A stretch of 64,000 nt of DNA from Ignavibacteriota bacterium (lineage in GTDB: Bacteria > Bacteroidota > Ignavibacteria > Palsa-1295): contig CAWBEI010000003.1 of the NCBI GenBank assembly GCA_963787835.1, forward strand, positions 320,001 to 384,000, given 5' to 3'. This document shows positions 48,376-57,631 of the stretch, piece by piece. The position numbers and the translations under genes were made by a program. The stretch's first letter is position 1, and the number at the start of each line of letters is the position of its first letter. The notes beneath the pieces were generated by a model, which had not been told where the DNA came from, made no database searches, and worked only from the letters and a program-made list of their open reading frames with translations.

Positions 48376-51300
48376 TCATTCGGAAGCCACGACTTGCCTT
48401 CTTAAATGAGTACCTCCAACAGCTACGTCAATCGTGTAAAAACCAGAAGGAATTTCAGGAGGAGCGAAATCGAATTGACTGCCAGTCACATCTCTGGAAA
48501 GGATCGTTCTGCCCAGCGCGTCATAGATCGAGATGCAGGCAGTGCCACTAAGATCCCAAGAAATATGAAGCATATTATGAAATGGGTTTGGAAATACCTC
48601 GAGAGCATCCGTTACCGGGACAGGAGCAAAAGTCACGCCAAGCGGTTGATCCCAGAGTGCCTCCGTTTCTGCTATCGTTTGATGGAGCAACGTCTGATTT
48701 CCGGCAAGCGCGATAACAACGGTCATCTCCACCGAGTCCTGAGAATGCATCGGCATATTTTTAAGGCCGAACGTATGAGAAATATCTCCGGGGCCGGCGG
48801 AACTGAGAAATTCGTTCATGGAGGTCCATTTGTTGGACTTCGAGAATGGCCCATAGACATTTAGATCGCCTTGTGAGCCATTATTCATGATCGCATGATA
48901 GTTGAGAGATGCTCCGGCCGGAAGCTTCGATAGAAGTTTCATGCCAAGATATGGATAATCTGGATCGAGCCGGTAGGTGATCGCCGTCGCGCTCCCTGAA
49001 TCGAACTCCGTGATATTATTGCCGCCGGAAAGCCCGATATCCCAATCGAGGAAAAGTGTAGCCGCAGCACTGTCGCTCATAGCAAATAGGCTGCCGGGTA
49101 GGCCGCGAAACACATACTTTGCTACGACTGCATTTACAGCCAGCCCTTGGGTAAAGGCATACGCCTGACACGTAGCATGAAGTCCGATCTGTATCGAAGA
49201 ATCCGCGAGACTGTCCGTGAGCGAAAATCCAAGTTCTTGCGCGGCATTGACATGATCCGGGGGCTGAACGTAATGGATGAGACCGCTCGGGGTCAGGTCT
49301 TCATCCGCCGTTTCTCCATCGGCACCGAGTACCACATCGACCACATGGTTCGTATCCGTACCAACCATCAGTCCACCTTCATACAGCAATGTTCGTGCAA
49401 TGGGCGGGATCGAATCCGGTGCAATACGCCACAAGAAGCCGGAGCCTTCCTCATTATTGAGCACATCATTATATCCGAGACTCCCTATCGAAGAAAAAGT
49501 TACCGTCAGATCATTGGCATTGAGATCGAGATACGAGGGCTCTATCACAAAATGGATATAATCATAGTCCTCAGCATATCCCGCGACGGAATCATAGAAG
49601 AAGACTCGTATCAACACCTCGGTATTTTGCGGAGCGCTATCGGCCACCGTGATCTGAAACACAGTAGGTTCGTTCGAGACTTCCTGCATGGTTGCAACAG
49701 CTCCAAATGGGATCGTTGTCTGCTGAAGCGTGACGTAGTTCGCACCGTTGACTACTTCGACTCGTGCCATGAGATGATCAAGCGGCTTCAAGTAATTCAT
49801 CGCATGGATAATAATTCCACCACTCTCGCCGGGCGCAAAAGTGCCAATGCCATTATGATCTTTAATGGTAATGCTATCAACGCGAGCAGAATAGGTATTC
49901 GTATCGGATACAGCTCGGAAGGCATCCGCTATGCCATGCCCTTCAAAATAGATCCTGTCACTATCGAGGCCAAGCACTGGATCGCCGGTTACTCGTACCT
50001 GCTCCATCGCTTGCCCTACCGTTAAATTCGGAAATTGCTGTAACACAAGCGCCACAACACCTGCAGCATTCGGCGATGCAAAGCTCGTTCCGTCCGCCCC
50101 GGAAGTAACGTAACCATTTCCCGTAACGGTACTTGTAACATCGACTCCCGGCGCGGATACGTCCACATGGGTATTAAAATCGGAAAAATCGGCATTATTG
50201 CCATTCCCATCCACGGCCGCAACGGAAAAAACATGGTCATAAGCTGCGGGATAAAGGTCCTGAAATGGATAATCTCCCCCACTATTACCAGCAGCCGCCA
50301 CAACACCGCAGCCCTCTGCGTAGGCATAATTGATCGCGTCTTGCTCGGCATCCGAACGACCGGTCCCTCCCCAGGAGCAATTCACGATCCTTGCGTGCAT
50401 GTCAGCAGCATACACTATTGCTTGAAAGCCAAAATCGAGATTCGCCCCGGCATCGTCGCTGATCTTTATCGGTATGATGCGCGCACCGAAAGCAATTCCT
50501 GCCATTCCGACCACATTATTACCCTGTGCCGCAAAGATTCCCGCTGTTTGTGTGCCGTGATTGATGCCATCTCCAGGCCGTGCATCATTATCCGGCGTTG
50601 TGCCGTAGGTACCGCCGAAATCCCAGCCATGCCAGTCGTCGATAAACCCATTGCTATCGTCATCGATGCCATTATAGCGTTTATCACGCCCGTTCATATC
50701 GATACCGATCTCACCAGGGTTCTGATAGATCACGTTGGAAAGATCCTCGTGCGTCCAGTCGGTTCCAATGTCGGCATCGGCAATGATCATGGTGGAATCG
50801 CAGCGCACCAGATCCCAGGCCTCAAAACAATGCATAAGCGAGAGTGCATACTGCTGGTTCACTAGCGAATCGTTCGGAGTGTAGAGCGGCTGCCGAACGA
50901 ACATCGGTTCCACAAGTTGAATAAGCGGGGATTTTTTTACAGCGAGAGCAGCCCGATCGCCTGGAACAGGATCGGAATAAAAAAGCAGGAACCAATGTGC
51001 TAACTTTCCCTCCGATGCTCGAAGCATGGATAAATTCCCATTTTGACCGATGCTTTGGATAACATCGCCTCGCACAAAAAGCTGTGGGCTGGAGCGTTCG
51101 CGGATGTCTTCGAAGGCAACACTGTGCGTTGGAATAAATGGCTTCAACTGTAAGCCATGCAATGTGCTCGTCAAGCCAAGGATGTGGCAGATTGTGCTGT
51201 CACCGGTTAGAACCGTCTGATCAATATTGGTGTGGTTGAACGTTGGATCGCCATCGGGACGAATAGAATAAAATGCTGCTCCAATAGCACTATCGAGCGA

Positions 51301-51426
51301 GGAACTAATGCGCACAAGAACAACTCCGGTTTTCTCAGGAATAGCCGGAGATTTCGATTGACCATAAGATTCGCTACCCGCGAGAATCCCCGCAAGCATG
51401 AATGAAAAGATAAAGAACGACCGCAT
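48376..51426 (-). CDS. S8 (subtilisin-like) serine peptidase with T9SS C-terminal domain
   Basis: ADADIG (Asp), HGTQTAG (His), AAAGN, GTSFASP (Ser); DDDSNGFIDDWHGWDF; VFPNPF...IYDALGR C-terminal domain. Confidence 0.92.
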   Translation of the reverse strand: MRSFFIFSFMLAGILAGSESYGQSKSPAIPEKTGVVLVRISSSLDSAIGAAFYSIRPDGDPTFNHTNIDQTVLTGDSTICHILGLTSTLHGLQLKPFIPTHSVAFEDIRERSSPQLFVRGDVIQSIGQNGNLSMLRASEGKLAHWFLLFYSDPVPGDRAALAVKKSPLIQLVEPMFVRQPLYTPNDSLVNQQYALSLMHCFEAWDLVRCDSTMIIADADIGTDWTHEDLSNVIYQNPGEIGIDMNGRDKRYNGIDDDSNGFIDDWHGWDFGGTYGTTPDNDARPGDGINHGTQTAGIFAAQGNNVVGMAGIAFGARIIPIKISDDAGANLDFGFQAIVYAADMHARIVNCSWGGTGRSDAEQDAINYAYAEGCGVVAAAGNSGGDYPFQDLYPAAYDHVFSVAAVDGNGNNADFSDFNTHVDVSAPGVDVTSTVTGNGYVTSGADGTSFASPNAAGVVALVLQQFPNLTVGQAMEQVRVTGDPVLGLDSDRIYFEGHGIADAFRAVSDTNTYSARVDSITIKDHNGIGTFAPGESGGIIIHAMNYLKPLDHLMARVEVVNGANYVTLQQTTIPFGAVATMQEVSNEPTVFQITVADSAPQNTEVLIRVFFYDSVAGYAEDYDYIHFVIEPSYLDLNANDLTVTFSSIGSLGYNDVLNNEEGSGFLWRIAPDSIPPIARTLLYEGGLMVGTDTNHVVDVVLGADGETADEDLTPSGLIHYVQPPDHVNAAQELGFSLTDSLADSSIQIGLHATCQAYAFTQGLAVNAVVAKYVFRGLPGSLFAMSDSAAATLFLDWDIGLSGGNNITEFDSGSATAITYRLDPDYPYLGMKLLSKLPAGASLNYHAIMNNGSQGDLNVYGPFSKSNKWTSMNEFLSSAGPGDISHTFGLKNMPMHSQDSVEMTVVIALAGNQTLLHQTIAETEALWDQPLGVTFAPVPVTDALEVFPNPFHNMLHISWDLSGTACISIYDALGRTILSRDVTGSQFDFAPPEIPSGFYTIDVAVGGTHLRRQVVASE

Positions 51427-51429
51427 GGC

Positions 51430-52335
51430 TTACTTAATGGCGTAAATGCGCATTCCACTCGAAATGAAGTGATTGACCGTGCGCACAATATGGAACACCG
51501 ATCTCTTAAAAATGTTACGCGGTACTGCCTGACCCATTTCCAATATCCCGTTCTTGCGGAGCATTTCCATTAACAGATCCCCCTCATTCGTTACGCGAAC
51601 CGTCCTGAATCCTGCTTTCCGTAAGTATTTCCCCATCGTGCGGTTCGAAAAGTAATAGAGATGCCCCTCGGGCATAAAATAAAACCAATCGGAGCCACGC
51701 AATTTCCGCTCCGGGCCATCATAGTTACCGGTTGCCATGAATAATACACCTCCCGGTTTCAGCCAGCGGTGGATCGTTCTGAGGGATTCCATCGGGTGCG
51801 GCAAATGCTCGATCACTTCACGCATGACGATCACATCCCACGAATTTTCGGGAAAATCGGCCTCTTCAATGGCTTTTGTCTCTACTGGAATTCCCATGTT
51901 GCGGACGAACTCTGCTGCGTAGCTCGATAACTCCAGCCCCGAACAATCGAAACCATGCTCACGAGCTTTTGCAAGGAAAACTCCAGTCCCACAACCAATT
52001 TCGAGCAATCGAGGACTTGGAGTGCTTGCTTTTCCCAACATTGACTTTATGGTATCGACATCCCAATCATTCAGTGTGTAATCACTTTTTTGCTTGCCAT
52101 ACGAATCGACTTCTCCTACATAATCAATACTCTTATCGAACCCATGACCCTTGAAATAATCAGCATCGTATAGCTCGCCTATCTTTTCGCCTTTGAGCCG
52201 AGGATTGGTATAAACCATTCCACACATTGAGCATTGAACGATCGTAAACCCATTTTTTCGGTATCGGATAACGGGTGCATCGGCACCGCAAAGATCGCAT
52301 GGGACGGATTCGAAATCAGAGGGAAGGAAATTCAC
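51430..52335 (-). CDS. Class I SAM-dependent methyltransferase with N-terminal CxxC pairs
   Basis: CDLC, CSMC, LEIGCGTG, EVIEHL, LKPGG. Confidence 0.88.
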   Translation of the reverse strand: MNFLPSDFESVPCDLCGADAPVIRYRKNGFTIVQCSMCGMVYTNPRLKGEKIGELYDADYFKGHGFDKSIDYVGEVDSYGKQKSDYTLNDWDVDTIKSMLGKASTPSPRLLEIGCGTGVFLAKAREHGFDCSGLELSSYAAEFVRNMGIPVETKAIEEADFPENSWDVIVMREVIEHLPHPMESLRTIHRWLKPGGVLFMATGNYDGPERKLRGSDWFYFMPEGHLYYFSNRTMGKYLRKAGFRTVRVTNEGDLLMEMLRKNGILEMGQAVPRNIFKRSVFHIVRTVNHFISSGMRIYAIK

Positions 52336-52351
52336 TTCGTATAATTGAGGA

Positions 52352-53938
52352 TTATGTTTTGGGCTCCATGGTCACCACCGGCAATATCACTTCTTCCATC
52401 GAGATGCCGCCATGTTGAAAGGAATCACGATAGTAATTAAGGTATTTGTGGTAGTCGGTCGGATAGACAAAATAATAATCCTCTTTTGCAATGATATAGT
52501 TCGACGCATTCCCCCGAACCGGAAGTTTATACTCCTCCGGATGCTTGATGATCATCGCCTGCTTTTCTTCAGCCTTCACATTACGGCCATATTTGTAACG
52601 AAGGCTGGTCGAAGTCTCCCGATCGCCAATGACTTTCGCACCCCGCAGACTACGAATCGAGCCATGATCGGTAGAGACGACGATCTTCAAATTCGGCACC
52701 GCCGCCAACGACTTAAACATATCGAACAAACTCGAATGCATGAACCACGATCGCGTTAGGGAACGATACGCGCTTTCATCCGGCGCAATCTCCTTTAAGA
52801 TCGGCGAATCGCTACGGGTATGTGCCAGCATATCGACAAAATTCACCACGATGGCTGTGAAATGATTTTTCGCCTGTGTCGAAATATTCTGCGCGATGCC
52901 GGCGCCATAATCGCGGTCGATTATTTTAATGTATTTCATCTCCTGCCGCAATTTGATGCGCTTGCGATCTAACAGTTTTTGCAGCATTGAGGCTTCATCC
53001 CGATTCAGCGAACTTTCATCATCTTCCTTCGACGACCACATGTTCGGATACAATTTTCCGAATTCCGACGGAAACATTCCAGAAAAGATCGCATTCCGGG
53101 CATACGGCGTAGCCGTCGGAAGAATGCCGAAGTGATAGTTCCGCGTGATCTTGAAAAGATTACGAAGTTCCGCTTCCATGATCAGCCACTGATCCAGCCT
53201 CATGCAGTCGATCACGAAGGACACGACATTCTGCTTCGCGTCCGATTGCAGTTCCGGCAGCACCCACTGCTCGACAATATCCGGCGACATCGGCGGCCTG
53301 TTTGCCGCATTCGATTCCACGTAGATCGTATTGACCCACTCCCTATAATGCCGCTCGACGAATTTTCCGAACTCCGCATTTGCTTCCCGCTTCTGATCGA
53401 GTAGCGTTTGCTTCAAACCAAGCCCGGTATGCTCATCGAATTCCATTTCCCAGCCGACGATCTTCGCGTACAACTCGGTCCAGTCTTTCGCGGTCGAAGC
53501 ATTCATCAGCTCCAGCGAGATGCGCGCGAACTCCTGCGTGTAATCCCGCGAGACCGCCTCGTTCACAATAGCGCGGCCCTCCAAAAATTTCTTCACCGCA
53601 AGCAGCACTTGCGTGGGGTTGACGGGCTTCGTCAGATAATCGGAAATTTTCTTCCCGATCGCCTGCTCCATCAGGTCTTCCTCTTCGGATTTCGTCACCA
53701 TCACGACGGGCGTTTCGGGACGCGCAGATTTCAGCCGTTCCAGCGTCTCCAATCCGCCCATACCCGGCATATTTTCATCCAAAAAAACGAGATCGACCGG
53801 GCTTTCGGACGCAATAACAAGCGCGTCCTCGCCACTCAATGCAGTGCGGATGGTATAGCCGCGCCCTTCGAGCAGCAGAATATGCGGGCGTAGCAGGTCG
53901 ATCTCATCATCGACCCAGAGAATATTGCCTTTGGTCAT
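52352..53938 (-). CDS. porX: PorX-type response regulator (receiver domain plus PglZ/alkaline-phosphatase domain)
   Basis: ILWVDDEIDLLRPH, LDENMPG, TKSEEE, LPTATPYARNAIFSG, NFVDMLAH, TDHG, FQHGGISMEE. Confidence 0.92.
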   Translation of the reverse strand: MTKGNILWVDDEIDLLRPHILLLEGRGYTIRTALSGEDALVIASESPVDLVFLDENMPGMGGLETLERLKSARPETPVVMVTKSEEEDLMEQAIGKKISDYLTKPVNPTQVLLAVKKFLEGRAIVNEAVSRDYTQEFARISLELMNASTAKDWTELYAKIVGWEMEFDEHTGLGLKQTLLDQKREANAEFGKFVERHYREWVNTIYVESNAANRPPMSPDIVEQWVLPELQSDAKQNVVSFVIDCMRLDQWLIMEAELRNLFKITRNYHFGILPTATPYARNAIFSGMFPSEFGKLYPNMWSSKEDDESSLNRDEASMLQKLLDRKRIKLRQEMKYIKIIDRDYGAGIAQNISTQAKNHFTAIVVNFVDMLAHTRSDSPILKEIAPDESAYRSLTRSWFMHSSLFDMFKSLAAVPNLKIVVSTDHGSIRSLRGAKVIGDRETSTSLRYKYGRNVKAEEKQAMIIKHPEEYKLPVRGNASNYIIAKEDYYFVYPTDYHKYLNYYRDSFQHGGISMEEVILPVVTMEPKT

Positions 53939-53981
53939 TGCATACCTTCAACGCTCAAATGACAAGAGCGTTTCAGAGCTT

Positions 53982-55064
53982 CTACAGATCCGTCCTCAAT
54001 CCAAACCGAATGAACGGGGTAAAATCCGGGCCTTCGTCGTTAATGGCAAAGTCAATGTCGTAGCGTTTGATGTGCAGCCCAACACCCCCGGAGAATCCGG
54101 CAAGCCCGCTGCCGGTGGGAACATTTAGTTCGTGTCGCAGCTCGTTCTCATAGCCAAACCGTAAGCGTACTACCGGACCCATTGTGAATTCGCCGCCTAC
54201 TGAGAAATCATCAAGTGCATAAAAGATATTTCGTCCTTCGCGGTCGCGGGTAATATTATGGAAATCCAGCCCCAGCGTGAGCGGTAAATGCTCCGGCTTG
54301 ATCGTGGCGCCAAACTGAACGTCCGGCCCGACCGGCTCACCGACGCCCGCATACTGCGAAAGTTCCCCGCCCAAATTAAGGACGGATAATCCGAATGTCA
54401 TGCGTTCCTTCACCCATTCATAATACAGCCCAAGATCGGCCGCCATCCAGGTGGCGCTGTAATTCTGAATAGAAGAACCGGAGACGAGACTGGAACTCAC
54501 GATCTTTGCAGTCGCGCCGTAATGCAACCCATTGGATGCTGTGCTGGAATAAGCGAGCAACAACGCGACATCCCCGGTGTTGAATGTTCCAAGCGGTTGC
54601 CCTGTCGCATCTGCCGCGTTGGACGTCCCACCCGAAAAATATTGCACTCCAGCCGCAAAATTTCCAGCGAAAAGAATATTCTCTGGAACCGGATGCTCAT
54701 ACACAACCGCGCCCTCGTTAATATCGAGCACATAATGTGAGTAACTCACGGATATATTGTTCATCCGGTCGGAATCGGTGATTACAATGCTCGAGATCGC
54801 AGCCGGGTTGCTGAAAATGGTGTTCGGGTCGTTCGGCGTAGCCACAAATGTGTTACCCAGCGCGGCAGCTCGCGGACTCAGCGGCTTATTCAGAATATCG
54901 GAAAGGAAGGCTCGCGCCGATTCATTAACATCCTGTGCTCGTGCCGAAAGAATGAAGGATGAAGTATAAAGGATGAAGAAAAACAGGGACGCGGCGAGGA
55001 ACGCGATCACGCGGGCAGACTTCACTTTGCGGGTTTCTTGCGTCATGGATGAATATGAGCTCAC
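53982..55064 (-). CDS. porQ: PorQ/PorV-family T9SS outer-membrane beta-barrel
   Basis: SPRAAALG, NPA, ADLG, KPEHLP, LRFGY...RHEL...GLAGFSGGVG; this pattern fits PorQ best. Confidence 0.72.
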   Translation of the reverse strand: MSSYSSMTQETRKVKSARVIAFLAASLFFFILYTSSFILSARAQDVNESARAFLSDILNKPLSPRAAALGNTFVATPNDPNTIFSNPAAISSIVITDSDRMNNISVSYSHYVLDINEGAVVYEHPVPENILFAGNFAAGVQYFSGGTSNAADATGQPLGTFNTGDVALLLAYSSTASNGLHYGATAKIVSSSLVSGSSIQNYSATWMAADLGLYYEWVKERMTFGLSVLNLGGELSQYAGVGEPVGPDVQFGATIKPEHLPLTLGLDFHNITRDREGRNIFYALDDFSVGGEFTMGPVVRLRFGYENELRHELNVPTGSGLAGFSGGVGLHIKRYDIDFAINDEGPDFTPFIRFGLRTDL

Positions 55065-55100
55065 TATTACAGAATCAGGGCGTGTGAAGTTTCACCAGAT

Positions 55101-56648
55101 TTAGGGTATTTGTTTTTGACCTGTTTTACTATTTCGTCTGTAAAGAGCCAATGCGTCGTTCCCGCCGCTCGGATTCCCGAATGTGCTATCGCGGGTGAAA
55201 CCATCCAGCATATGACGATCGAACAGGTTGATGTACCCGCCAAAATCACCCTGGAAATCTAAAATATAATCAACGGAATCCGCATCTAAATATGATCCGA
55301 TCCTCCCGGCTTTGAGAGCAGCTAACGCATCCGAATTCACCACGCCGTCGATATTAACCACACTCCCCTGCCTGCTCGCGAAATAACCATAATAACCTGA
55401 ATTGAATGAGGCTACCTTGTTATGCTCCGTCAGCTTTTGAGACGTCGGCAATCCCAATTCGAGAAGCTGAGCCTGCGATCCGTATTGTGGCTGTCGGAAC
55501 AGAAATAGCTGAAGAATTATAACAATCGCCGCCAAAACGAAGCGTCCGCTGGCTCGCGCTTCCGTCGTGCCAGCATTTGCAGCTATACTAATTCCAAATC
55601 CAATAAAGAAAAGCGGAAGCAATCCTGCAATATACCAATCCCGAATAAATCCCCGAAAAAGCGAGTGAACGAGAAGAAGTAACACTCCCCCGCCGATCAA
55701 CAAATAGATCGTGCGCTCGGCTGGCAGCAGTTTTTTTCTCCGAGCGATCACTGCGTAACCGATGGTCAGCAATGGTAAACCGAACACGGTGTACCAAAAT
55801 GGCTTTATTGTATTGCGGATTGCTTCCATTCCGAAATGCCAATATTTCGATGAACCATAGAGCACATCATACTTACGCATCGCCAGCATTGGGACCGCCT
55901 CCGCGCTCGATTGAACGATGGTTCCGAAATGCACTAGGTTCCAGATAAGCCACGGAGCGAGCACAGCCGCACCGAGAATGGATGCGAGCAACATGCCTTT
56001 CCACTCAGCCCGGAAATGAATCCATAGTAAATATGCAGAAACAGGAAATATTACAATAAAGCTATCCGTTCGAGCCAGCAAAAGAAAATCAGAAGCAATC
56101 CCTAACAGGATCCACCGTCCATGCTGTCCAACACGTCCACTATTTGTCCACAAAAAGGCTCGGAACCATAATACAAATAGCAGTGCCGTAAGGGTGGTCT
56201 CCAATCCATTAATGCCTCGAAGAAGAACAATGGAACTCAGCGCATACATCAGCGCTGCAGATGCCGCCGCAGTTCTTCTGTTGGATTCCTTCGCATGTGG
56301 GCTCAGATCATAAATGGTACTTCCGATTAGCCAGACGATCACACCATCGAGCACACTTTGAAAAAGTAAGACAGCATGAATAAAGCCCCATTTCGTCAAG
56401 CCGAGACAGAAAGCGGGAGCAATTATAAACAGCCATAGTGGATGCATCCCGTTCGTGGGATGAATACTATCGAATGAGACTCCATAACCATGCGCAAGAT
56501 TGCTTGCAATAGTGAAATAGTACAGCGCATCATCCGGCAACTGAGTAGTTACAAGTTGCAGGGTATGCGTCCGGAAATAGAACCACGCGCCGATACGAAC
56601 CGACATTCCGACAATCGTGATCCAAAAAAGCCAGCGTTTATTCTGCAT
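55101..56648 (-). CDS. GT-C-like (ArnT/PMT-type) membrane glycosyltransferase
   Basis: PDDALYY..IA.NLA.G.G, TNGMHPLW, NGLET, LARTD, NIDGVVN; many TM helices. Confidence 0.75.
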   Translation of the reverse strand: MQNKRWLFWITIVGMSVRIGAWFYFRTHTLQLVTTQLPDDALYYFTIASNLAHGYGVSFDSIHPTNGMHPLWLFIIAPAFCLGLTKWGFIHAVLLFQSVLDGVIVWLIGSTIYDLSPHAKESNRRTAAASAALMYALSSIVLLRGINGLETTLTALLFVLWFRAFLWTNSGRVGQHGRWILLGIASDFLLLARTDSFIVIFPVSAYLLWIHFRAEWKGMLLASILGAAVLAPWLIWNLVHFGTIVQSSAEAVPMLAMRKYDVLYGSSKYWHFGMEAIRNTIKPFWYTVFGLPLLTIGYAVIARRKKLLPAERTIYLLIGGGVLLLLVHSLFRGFIRDWYIAGLLPLFFIGFGISIAANAGTTEARASGRFVLAAIVIILQLFLFRQPQYGSQAQLLELGLPTSQKLTEHNKVASFNSGYYGYFASRQGSVVNIDGVVNSDALAALKAGRIGSYLDADSVDYILDFQGDFGGYINLFDRHMLDGFTRDSTFGNPSGGNDALALYRRNSKTGQKQIP

Positions 56649-57628
56649 TATCCCCGTGGGTGGAACGTTCGGTGAACCTCCTGCAAATAGGAACGATCGA
56701 CATGGGTATAGATTTCAGTAGTAGAAATATCGGCATGGCCGAGCATTTCCTGTACCATCCTAAGATCGGCGCCACCCTCGATAAGATGCGTCGCGAATGA
56801 GTGCCGGAAGGTATGCGGCGAAAGGTGCTTTTCGATCTTCGCTTGCGATGCATATTCGCTAACAAGATTCCATGCCGACATCCGCGAAAGTGCAGTACCA
56901 CGCTCCTGATTCAGAAAAACAGCATCCGTCCGTTTCACGGATCGAAGCAATAGCGGTCTCACTTTTGAAAGATAAACTTCCATCGCATCCCGCGCCATTT
57001 TTCCAATTGGAACAACCCGCTCTTTACTTCCCTTACCGAACAGCTTTACTAATCCGTCCTTAAGGAACAACTGCTGAACTCGAAGTCCTGTTGCTTCCGA
57101 TACACGCGCACCGGTCGCATAGAGGAATTCCAGCAACGCTTTATCGCGAACTCCTTTGTTCGTTGTCACATCCGGTTCAGCGAGCACTGCTTCGATCTCC
57201 TCGATGGAAAGCACATCCGGCAGCTTCCTTCGAATAGATTTTACGTCGAGATTCTCGGTCGGATCGGTGAGAATGATCTTCTCCGTCAGCAAAAATTTAT
57301 AGAAACCACGCAGCCCGCTCACGATCCGAACGATGCTTGTTCTTGCAAGACCAACTTCGCCAAGTTCGCGCAGAAACTTTTGGAGATCCCCATAGGACAC
57401 ACGTATTATGGGAACCTGCGAGGGCGCAATGAAGGATTCTAATTTCTCGATGTCACGCCGGTAGGCTTCGAGAGAATTCGGTGAAAGACCCCGTTCGATA
57501 CGAAGGTAATTCATATACAACGCCACAGGATTGAGCGTGGACCTCTGTATGAAAACATCCTCGCCCTCGCCTCCCAAGCGTGCGAGGGTGCGGCTCGATC
57601 GTTTCGGACGGGTGGTGGCGATCGCCAT
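56648..57628 (-). CDS. xerD: Site-specific tyrosine recombinase XerD
   Basis: ERGLSPNSLEAYRRD, LYATGARVSE, GKGSKER, PHTFRHSFATHL, QEMLGHADISTTEIYTH, HPRG. Confidence 0.95.
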   Translation of the reverse strand: MAIATTRPKRSSRTLARLGGEGEDVFIQRSTLNPVALYMNYLRIERGLSPNSLEAYRRDIEKLESFIAPSQVPIIRVSYGDLQKFLRELGEVGLARTSIVRIVSGLRGFYKFLLTEKIILTDPTENLDVKSIRRKLPDVLSIEEIEAVLAEPDVTTNKGVRDKALLEFLYATGARVSEATGLRVQQLFLKDGLVKLFGKGSKERVVPIGKMARDAMEVYLSKVRPLLLRSVKRTDAVFLNQERGTALSRMSAWNLVSEYASQAKIEKHLSPHTFRHSFATHLIEGGADLRMVQEMLGHADISTTEIYTHVDRSYLQEVHRTFHPRG

Positions 57629-57631
57629 TCG

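Noticed and set aside
56648-57628. Tyrosine recombinase as a prophage or island integrase
   Set aside because: It has canonical XerD features (HPRG end), is embedded in a housekeeping operon, and has no att sites or phage genes nearby.
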